From Oscillospiraceae bacterium (GTDB taxonomy: Bacteria > Bacillota > Clostridia > Oscillospirales > CAG-272), in the NCBI GenBank assembly GCA_009779295.1, contig WREN01000047.1:1-11206 (forward strand): a stretch of 11,206 nt of DNA, read 5' to 3'. The position numbers and the translations under genes were made by a program. Shown one piece after another: positions 5,404 through 11,206 of this stretch. Within the stretch, counting starts at the first letter, position 1, and every line of letters begins with the position of its first letter. A model generated the notes under the pieces. The model worked only from the letters and a program-made list of their open reading frames with translations. It ran no database searches and was not told where the DNA came from.

Positions 5404-8145
5404 TCATACAATCATTTGAACGTCAATTAACTTTTTGTTACTTTTCTGTTTCTTATGTGTGAACCATAACTCTGCCGCTACAATAAGCGCGAATATACAC
5501 GAAGCGCCGGCGCACAATGTCAACCCGAGCAAAAACGGTTTCGGCCGGTATAAAAATTCTACCGTATGATCGCCTTCGGTTATATTCACGGCGAGCAGAG
5601 AATCTAACGTTTTCAAAAGCGGAACCGTTTCCCCGTCGATCTTAACCTGCCAACCTTCATCGTACGGTATCGTTGTAAACAATAATTCACGTCCCGCAGG
5701 GATATTTACAGTTCCGTACAGCCGGGTATTTGAAAACTCTTCTATATTCATACTCCCCTCAATGAGCCGCGGCATCGTATCTTTAAACAGTTGTGTGTCT
5801 AAATAGTAGAAGAACGACCCGCCGTTCGCGATATAAACGCACTCCTCCAATATCGTCAGTGAAACGTAAATCTCTTCGCCCGGCTCGAATATTCCGAGAG
5901 AAACTATACAGTCGGTATCGTTGCCGAGAATATATCCGCCGGGTTCGCCGCTGATGTTTATCCGCAACTCGCGCGGATATGTGGTGGGGACGAACATGAA
6001 TATCTCATCGGCGGTCGGAACTATAAACCTTGAAACGATCCGTCCCTCACGGTTATCCCTTGCCGGCGAATATTTTTTATGACCTGTAACGTAAGCGATA
6101 TCGATGTTGTCGTAATCGGTATCGGTCGGACGGATATACTTAAACAAATCTATGTTATCCACACCCAACATATTGCCGACAAGGCGGTTGAGCATTAAAA
6201 ACGCTTCGTCAAACTCGTTTATATCGGTTTCCAAAACGGCTTCATTAACCGCGTAAGCAATCGAAAGCGCGTATGGATTTTGCTGGGCGTAGAGCGTATT
6301 GGGTTCATCGTCCATATACGGCTCGTACAATAATTCATTATGCGGCTCGTCGGGGTATACGATATATTTTAACCCAAGCAATGAATCGACTACGGGATTT
6401 CCGCCGATATATTTCGACCAGTGCGACTTCGCGGATAACCCCAGCTGATTCAATAGATTTATCACCGAAGCGTTCAGCGTCGAAGTGGAGTTCGATAAAC
6501 CTCTGAAACCAAACGCCATAGGGTCGTTGGTTTTGCGGTACAGCGCCTTTTCCATTCTATAAAACGAATCGTCGCTTGCGGTAATCCGGTTGATTATCGG
6601 CGAAACGCGACCCATATACGTCACATAATTCGTGCGCGAAGTGAATACGACGTCGCTGTCGAGTGAAGTAAGATTCAATAACGTAGCCGAAAACATCTCC
6701 AAACACACGAGAATCAATAATATATACGCGCTGAAACCTTTCAAAACTTGCTTATTAACGAGGTATAAACCTATTAACATCGCTCCTAAACACCCGATAC
6801 TTACCCAAATAAATTTCAGATCGTTCACAAAAGAGTAGTGTTGTTTTTGTATTATCATCAAAATCACGACGAGTACGCCGCAAACCGTCACGACCCAGCG
6901 GAAATCGATTTTTTCTATTTGTTCGAACGCTTTGTACGCGTAGAGGATTATAAAGAAACACAGCATAAAACTGTACCGGTTATTGAGCCAGTTGGGTTTT
7001 TGAAATCCGTGCCAAATTAAATCCAACGTCGAGCTGTTGAAACTTATGATGAAAAATATCAGCACAATGCCCGCGAATATTTTTTCTTTGCCTGTTATGT
7101 TTTTGTTCGGTGAAAAGAAAAATACCGGCAGTAATATCAATGACAATGTACCGCAGTATATCCACGGCAATCCTTCCGGTCTAACCGTATCGTATGAACC
7201 GGGGAACAATTTCAAAAATATGTCAAGAAAATCGAACCGCTGGTCAAACGCATATGCCGGCGTAGTGAAAGTTGTCTTACCGAACGTGAGTGAATAATAT
7301 GTCGGCAGTAATACCACCGACGCGATAGCAAGCGCGATCAACGCGAAGAATCCGATTTGCACCAGCGAACGCAGGAAACGCAATTTCTCTTTTTCAATAT
7401 TGTTTCTCAGAAAAATGTAGTAGAAAAAATAAAAAAATGTGTATATGCACATCATGAATCCGATATAAAAATTAACAATCAGAGATAACGCTAAACTTAT
7501 CGTAAACAATTTGTACTTGCGTTTGGTTATTAGTTGTTCGATTGCGTATGTCAGAACCGGCAGAATTATCAATTGGTCGATCCACATCGTGTTGTGTCCG
7601 TATACGACCGCGTATGAAGTCAAAGCGTAGAGTGTTGAAAATATCACGATGTTAGCGGGACGCGTCGGATGCGTTTTGTGAAGATAAAAACCCATTGCCA
7701 ATCCGCACGAACCGCATTTCAAGAGAATTATGCACAGGAGAGCTTCGGTTATCATCGACTTCGGGAACAATGCGACCAATAACGAGAACGGGCTCGCGAT
7801 ATAATACGCGAAAATGCCCATGAATTCACCGCCGAGCGCGCGTTCCCAAGAATATAATATTCCGCCGCCTTCGTAAATTAACCTGCGCAAGTATTCAAAG
7901 AACGATACATACTGCCCGTTCAAGTCTAAAACCAAAACGGAATTGTTCCCGAACGGATATACTTCCATCGTTATAAACGCAAGCCATAATAAAAAAAGCG
8001 GCAAAAAGAAAGTTAAAAGTAAATATTTCGATTTGCTGTTTTTAATCCGTTCATAGCATATTTGAATAAAATTTGTTTTTTCCGATTCATTTTCATTTGC
8101 AGTTGTAATATTGTTATTCAACTTTAACACCTCTTGTTTCAACAT
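5404..8145 (-). CDS. YfhO-family polytopic membrane protein (putative lipid-linked glycosyltransferase for teichoic-acid or envelope glycosylation)
   Basis: 913 aa with many TM helices. The N-terminal block LPLFLLWLAFITMEVYPFGNNSVLVLDLNGQYVSFFEYL matches the conserved YfhO N-terminus (PFG..S.L..D...QY). Large extracytoplasmic C-terminal domain with a final TM helix (LLGLTLCAGASCIFALIVAA), as in YfhO. ATG 8145 has no SD. The alternative in-frame TTG at 8121 is preceded by AAGAGGTG with 6-nt spacing and would abolish the 32-nt overlap with the DUF951 gene. Confidence 0.8.
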   Translation of the reverse strand: MLKQEVLKLNNNITTANENESEKTNFIQICYERIKNSKSKYLLLTFFLPLFLLWLAFITMEVYPFGNNSVLVLDLNGQYVSFFEYLRRLIYEGGGILYSWERALGGEFMGIFAYYIASPFSLLVALFPKSMITEALLCIILLKCGSCGLAMGFYLHKTHPTRPANIVIFSTLYALTSYAVVYGHNTMWIDQLIILPVLTYAIEQLITKRKYKLFTISLALSLIVNFYIGFMMCIYTFFYFFYYIFLRNNIEKEKLRFLRSLVQIGFFALIALAIASVVLLPTYYSLTFGKTTFTTPAYAFDQRFDFLDIFLKLFPGSYDTVRPEGLPWIYCGTLSLILLPVFFFSPNKNITGKEKIFAGIVLIFFIISFNSSTLDLIWHGFQKPNWLNNRYSFMLCFFIILYAYKAFEQIEKIDFRWVVTVCGVLVVILMIIQKQHYSFVNDLKFIWVSIGCLGAMLIGLYLVNKQVLKGFSAYILLILVCLEMFSATLLNLTSLDSDVVFTSRTNYVTYMGRVSPIINRITASDDSFYRMEKALYRKTNDPMAFGFRGLSNSTSTLNASVINLLNQLGLSAKSHWSKYIGGNPVVDSLLGLKYIVYPDEPHNELLYEPYMDDEPNTLYAQQNPYALSIAYAVNEAVLETDINEFDEAFLMLNRLVGNMLGVDNIDLFKYIRPTDTDYDNIDIAYVTGHKKYSPARDNREGRIVSRFIVPTADEIFMFVPTTYPRELRINISGEPGGYILGNDTDCIVSLGIFEPGEEIYVSLTILEECVYIANGGSFFYYLDTQLFKDTMPRLIEGSMNIEEFSNTRLYGTVNIPAGRELLFTTIPYDEGWQVKIDGETVPLLKTLDSLLAVNITEGDHTVEFLYRPKPFLLGLTLCAGASCIFALIVAAELWFTHKKQKSNKKLIDVQMIV

Positions 8146-8317
8146 TTTTTATATTTTTTTCAAGTTTGATCCGCGGCACGGTAGTATCGCGTCCGCAGCC
8201 TGCGCACTTCACACGTATGTCCGAACCAACGCGCATAACTTCGAATTTATCCGAGCCGCACGGGTGCAGTTTTCGCATTTGTAATATGTCGCCGACGTCG
8301 AATTTAATTATTTTCAT
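8114..8317 (-). CDS. DUF951-family small protein (conserved Firmicutes protein with putative His/Cys metal-binding knuckle)
   Basis: 67 aa: MKIIKFDVGDILQMRKLHPCGSDKFEVMRVGSDIRVKCAGCGRDTTVPRIKLEK. The H-P-C-G-S ... C-x-x-C-G-R pattern is as in DUF951 proteins. GGAG lies 9 nt upstream of ATG 8317. It directly precedes and overlaps the YfhO gene. Confidence 0.65.
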   Translation of the reverse strand: MKIIKFDVGDILQMRKLHPCGSDKFEVMRVGSDIRVKCAGCGRDTTVPRIKLEKNIKNVETRGVKVE

Positions 8318-8336
8318 ATAGCTTCACTCCGTCCAT

Positions 8337-8365
8337 ATTATACCACAAATCTAATAAAAAGTAAA
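8337..8365 (-). promoter_or_regulatory. Sigma-A-like promoter for DUF951-yfhO (and downstream) genes: TTTACT-17-TGgTATAAT
   Basis: Minus-strand read: -35 TTTACT (plus 8360-8365), 17-nt spacer, extended -10 TGGTATAAT (plus 8337-8345). It is 12-20 nt upstream of the DUF951 RBS/start. Confidence 0.45.
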
Positions 8366-8386
8366 CTAATTATTTACAAATTAATT

Positions 8387-8415
8387 TTGACTAATGCTAA
8401 AAAATATGATATAAT
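8387..8415 (+). promoter_or_regulatory. Sigma-A-like promoter for ruvCAB: TTGACT-17-TGaTATAAT
   Basis: TTGACT at 8387-8392, 17-nt spacer, extended -10 TGATATAAT at 8407-8415. GAAGGA RBS at 8435-8440 with 7-nt spacing to the ruvC ATG at 8448. It diverges from the minus-strand promoter above. Confidence 0.55.
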
Positions 8416-8447
8416 AATGTAATGGTATAAAAAAGAAGGATGTAAAT

Positions 8448-8948
8448 ATGATAATTTTGGGGATCGACCCCGGTATCGCAATTGTGGGTTACGGCGTTAT
8501 TGAATTCTCAAACCAGCGGTTTAAAACGATCGCTTATGGGGCTATCACGACCAAACCCGACGTTAAAACATTCCGAAGGTATGAGATTATTTATGACGAA
8601 CTCGAAAAGCTCATAAAAATGTTTAATCCCGACGATATAGCGATTGAAGAGATATTTTTCAACACCAACCAAAAAACGATAATTCAAGTCGCTCAGGCGC
8701 GCGGAGTAATATTATTATGCGCGACGCACAACAAACTTAATATTTCCGAGTATACGCCGCTGCAAGTCAAGCAATCCGTCGTCGGTTACGGGCGCGCCGA
8801 TAAGAAGCAGGTAATTTACATGGTCAAGGATATGCTTAATCTAAAAACCGAGCTTAAACTCGACGATACCGCGGACGCGCTCGCCATTGCAATCTGCCAC
8901 GCGCATACCGGAACTTCCGTACTTAAAAAATATTATAATATAAAATAG
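8448..8948 (+). CDS. ruvC: Crossover junction endodeoxyribonuclease RuvC (Holliday junction resolvase)
   Basis: 166 aa. MIILGIDPGIAIVGYGVIE (catalytic Asp in GIDPG), IEEIFFN (Glu) and DDTADALAIAICHA (Asp pair plus conserved His) match the canonical RuvC fold and motifs. It is followed by ruvA and ruvB. Confidence 0.93.
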   Translation: MIILGIDPGIAIVGYGVIEFSNQRFKTIAYGAITTKPDVKTFRRYEIIYDELEKLIKMFNPDDIAIEEIFFNTNQKTIIQVAQARGVILLCATHNKLNISEYTPLQVKQSVVGYGRADKKQVIYMVKDMLNLKTELKLDDTADALAIAICHAHTGTSVLKKYYNIK

Positions 8949-8953
8949 GAGTT

Positions 8954-9565
8954 ATGACTGTTATGTTCTATTATATTGAAGGCACACTCGTTCTCACCGA
9001 ACCCAACGCCGCTATCCTCGACAACAACGGAATCGCGTACAGGCTCGCCATCAGCGCGAACACGCTTTCCAGCATCGCGCCGCAGAAGGGCAATAAAATC
9101 AGGCTGTATACATATCTCGTCGTCAAAGAGGACGCGCTGGAATTAATCGGTTTCAAAGACGTTGAGGAATTGGCGGCGTTCAAAATGCTGATAACGGTTT
9201 CAGGTATCGGCGCGAAATCCGCGCTGTCGGTGTTATCGTTTATGTCGCCGGAGAAGTTCGCGCTCGCGGTCATTACGGGAGACACCAAAGCTATCTCCAA
9301 AGCGCAGGGTATCGGCGCGAAAACCGCCGCGCGCGTTGTTTTGGAATTGAAGGATAAGATATCGAAAGAATTATCAGCCGACGGCGGTGATGTGATAGAT
9401 TTCGGCGCGCCTTCTTCGAACAATAAATTGTCCGACGCACAGAATGTATTGCTCGTATGGGGTTATTCAAGAGCGGAGGTTGCGAACGTCTTGCGCGGCA
9501 TCGACATTACAAATATGGAAGTTGAGGATATTATTAAGGCGGCGTTGAAGAAATTCGGGGGGTGA
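8954..9565 (+). CDS. ruvA: Holliday junction branch-migration complex subunit RuvA
   Basis: N-terminal OB domain (MFYYIEGTLV...), two helix-hairpin-helix motifs (ITVSGIGAKSALSVLS; AQGIGAKTAARVVLEL) and the C-terminal RuvB-interaction domain. The real start is probably ATG 8963 (MFYYIEG; 11 nt after GGAG), because ATG 8954 is only 2 nt after GGAG. The ruvC stop TAG overlaps the SD. Confidence 0.92.
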   Translation: MTVMFYYIEGTLVLTEPNAAILDNNGIAYRLAISANTLSSIAPQKGNKIRLYTYLVVKEDALELIGFKDVEELAAFKMLITVSGIGAKSALSVLSFMSPEKFALAVITGDTKAISKAQGIGAKTAARVVLELKDKISKELSADGGDVIDFGAPSSNNKLSDAQNVLLVWGYSRAEVANVLRGIDITNMEVEDIIKAALKKFGG

Positions 9566-9603
9566 ATCCCCTTAGTAAGAATCCCCCTTTAGCAAGGGGG
9601 GGG
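9557..9603 (+). other. GC-rich structured element spanning the ruvA stop and the ruvA-ruvB spacer (direct repeat GAATCCCC x2, G6 and G8 runs, 7-bp hairpin CCCCCTT-TAGC-AAGGGGG)
   Basis: Seen directly: GGGGGG-TGAAT-CCCC around the TGA stop, the GAATCCCC(C) repeat at 9564-9571 and 9579-9587, and a perfect 7-bp stem at 9583-9589/9594-9600 followed by GGG. No U-tract follows, so it is not a canonical terminator. Confidence 0.4.
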
Positions 9604-9637
9604 TTAAAGAAAAAACCGAAAGGATGATTAACAATCC

Positions 9638-10696
9638 ATGATGGATGAACAGGAACTCGATTATGAAAACCGAATCGTCACTTCCGCCTACACGGACGAA
9701 GACAACGAAGCGGATCAATCTCTGCGCCCGAAAGTATTGGACGATTACATCGGGCAGGAACAAGTCAAAGAGAATTTGAAAATATTTATCGAAGCGGCGA
9801 AATATCGCGGCGAAACGCTCGACCACGTATTGCTTCACGGTCCTCCGGGGCTCGGTAAAACCACGCTCGCCGGTATCATCGCAAATGAAATAGGATCGAA
9901 TATAAAAACTACTTCAGGTCCTGTAGTTGAACGGCCCGGCGATCTTGCGGCATTACTGACAAATCTTGAAGAAAATGATATTCTTTTCATCGACGAAATC
10001 CACCGTTTGCAGCGTTCTGTGGAGGAAATTTTGTATTCCGCAATGGAGGATTATGTGCTTGATCATATTATCGGAAACGGTCCGGCGGCGAAAAGCATAC
10101 GCATAACTTTGCCGCGGTTTACATTGGTCGGCGCGACTACGCGTTCGGGTCAGCTCTCATCTCCGTTGCGCGACAGATTCGGAATCAATTTTAAATTGGA
10201 ACTTTATACGACCGAAGAACTCGCTATCATCGTTACAAGGAGCGCGAAAATTTTAGGGCTTGACATCGACGCTTCCGGTGCGCATGAAATTGCCTCGCGT
10301 TCGCGCGGTACTCCGCGTATCGCGAACCGTCTGCTAAAACGCGTGCGCGATTTCGCGCAGGTCAAAGGTAACGGACGAATCGACCAGGAAATTTCAGATT
10401 ACGCATTGCTGAAACTTGAAATCGACAAACTCGGGCTTGACAATATCGACCGCCGTATGCTCACCGCGATAATCAAATTCTACAACGGCGGCCCGGTCGG
10501 TTTGGAAACGCTTGCCGCGACCGTCGGCGAAGAATCGATAACGCTTGAAGACGTTTACGAACCTTATCTCATGCAAATCGGCTACTTGAGCCGCACGCCG
10601 CGCGGCAGGTGCGCGACGATGCTGGCATATGAACATCTCGGAATACCGTACAGAAAAACTGAAACATCTCAGCAAAATTTATTTGAGGGGCAATAA
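9638..10696 (+). CDS. ruvB: Holliday junction DNA helicase RuvB (AAA+ ATPase)
   Basis: 352 aa. Walker [10 protein letters not shown], Walker [11 protein letters not shown], sensor GATTR, arginine finger region and the C-terminal winged-helix RuvB domain. Strong end-to-end resemblance to RuvB. Confidence 0.95.
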   Translation: MMDEQELDYENRIVTSAYTDEDNEADQSLRPKVLDDYIGQEQVKENLKIFIEAAKYRGETLDHVLLHGPPGLGKTTLAGIIANEIGSNIKTTSGPVVERPGDLAALLTNLEENDILFIDEIHRLQRSVEEILYSAMEDYVLDHIIGNGPAAKSIRITLPRFTLVGATTRSGQLSSPLRDRFGINFKLELYTTEELAIIVTRSAKILGLDIDASGAHEIASRSRGTPRIANRLLKRVRDFAQVKGNGRIDQEISDYALLKLEIDKLGLDNIDRRMLTAIIKFYNGGPVGLETLAATVGEESITLEDVYEPYLMQIGYLSRTPRGRCATMLAYEHLGIPYRKTETSQQNLFEGQ

Positions 10697-10697
10697 A

Positions 10698-11206
10698 ATG
10701 TGGGTTTCCGATAATTGGCAGGATTACGAATTGCTTGACGCGTCCGACGGCGAGCGGTTGGAGCGCTGGGGCGAGTATATTTTGATACGCCCCGACCCGC
10801 AAATCATTTGGAAGGGCATGAAACAACATAAGTTGTGGAAGAACGCGCACGCCGTTTACAACCGTTCGCAAAGCGGCGGCGGAAGTTGGAAAATTAACAA
10901 ATTGCCGGAAGAGTGGACGATTGGTTACAAAAATTTGAAGTTCATCATCCACCCGACCGGATTCAAACACACCGGATTGTTCCCCGAACAGGCGGTCAAC
11001 TGGGATTGGATGAGCGGATTGATTAACGGTAAAAGTGTAAAAGTTTTAAATCTTTTCGCTTACACAGGCGGCGCGACGGTAGCCGCCGCTGCCGCCGGAG
11101 CGAACGTTTGTCACGTTGACGCCGCCAAAGGTATGGTGAATCAGGCGAAAGCGAACATGAACATCAACGGTTTGAGTGGTGCACCCGTACGGTACATTAT
11201 CGACGA
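10698..11206 (+). CDS. Class I SAM-dependent methyltransferase, RlmI/PF10672-like (probable rRNA methyltransferase), 5' portion only (runs off window)
   Basis: Not in the supplied ORF track because there is no stop inside the window. ATG 10698 lies 7 nt after GAGGGG and 1 nt after the ruvB stop. My translation: MWVSDNWQDYELLDASDGERLERWGEYILIRPDPQIIWKG...LNLFAYTGGATVAAAAAGANVCHVDAAKGMVNQAKANMNINGL. The W-x-DYEL-D-S-DGE-LER-G N-terminus and the G-rich SAM-binding motif I followed by hVDASK are characteristic of this family. Confidence 0.7.
   Translation, partial: MWVSDNWQDYELLDASDGERLERWGEYILIRPDPQIIWKGMKQHKLWKNAHAVYNRSQSGGGSWKINKLPEEWTIGYKNLKFIIHPTGFKHTGLFPEQAVNWDWMSGLINGKSVKVLNLFAYTGGATVAAAAAGANVCHVDAAKGMVNQAKANMNINGLSGAPVRYIID

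Noticed and set aside
6273-7297. Small ORFs (60-86 aa) on both strands inside the yfhO coding region
   Set aside because: They have no RBS and no recognisable motifs. An Arg-rich composition typical of antisense frames of AT-rich genes indicates noise.
8318-8447. Possible LexA/Cheo box or sRNA in the ruvC upstream region
   Set aside because: No GAAC-N4-GTTC-like dyad is present. The space is fully accounted for by two divergent promoters and short leaders.
8971-10970. Minus-strand ORFs (88-150 aa) antisense to ruvA and ruvB, and the start of the methyltransferase
   Set aside because: They are antisense shadows of highly conserved genes, with no independent support.
1-11206. Mobile element, defence island or prophage signals
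   Set aside because: No integrase, transposase, recombinase, terminal inverted repeats, tRNA or compositional break was seen. Codon usage is uniform throughout. The region looks like core chromosome.

Overview
Low-GC Firmicutes-like chromosomal segment (probably Clostridia-type, judged from codon usage and AGGAGG-type ribosome-binding sites), densely coding, with no mobile-element, CRISPR or integrase signatures. Left end (+): the 3' tail of an FtsX/MacB-type ABC permease, convergent with a long minus-strand gene string that runs from about 8317 down to 123. That string encodes, in order, a DUF951 small Cys/His protein, a YfhO-family polytopic membrane glycosyltransferase-like protein, a MerR-like HTH (DUF1836-like) protein, a short NfeD membrane protein, a FloT-type flotillin (SPFH/band-7 with EA-rich coiled coil), a lipoprotein subtilisin-family (S8) peptidase with an unrecognised 230-aa N-terminal domain, and a membrane-anchored stand-alone ComEC-type metallo-beta-lactamase-fold hydrolase. 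Back-to-back sigma-A-like promoters lie at 8337-8415. On the plus strand a classic ruvC-ruvA-ruvB cluster follows, then the 5' part of a class I SAM-dependent (RlmI/PF10672-like) methyltransferase that runs off the window. I see no compelling evidence for a wholly novel system. The most system-like unit is the MerR-like/NfeD/flotillin/S8-protease/ComEC-MBL envelope module, which is preceded by a candidate MerR-type promoter (19-bp spacer containing a dyad operator). Several gene starts in the ORF track look mis-set; I give the better-supported starts.
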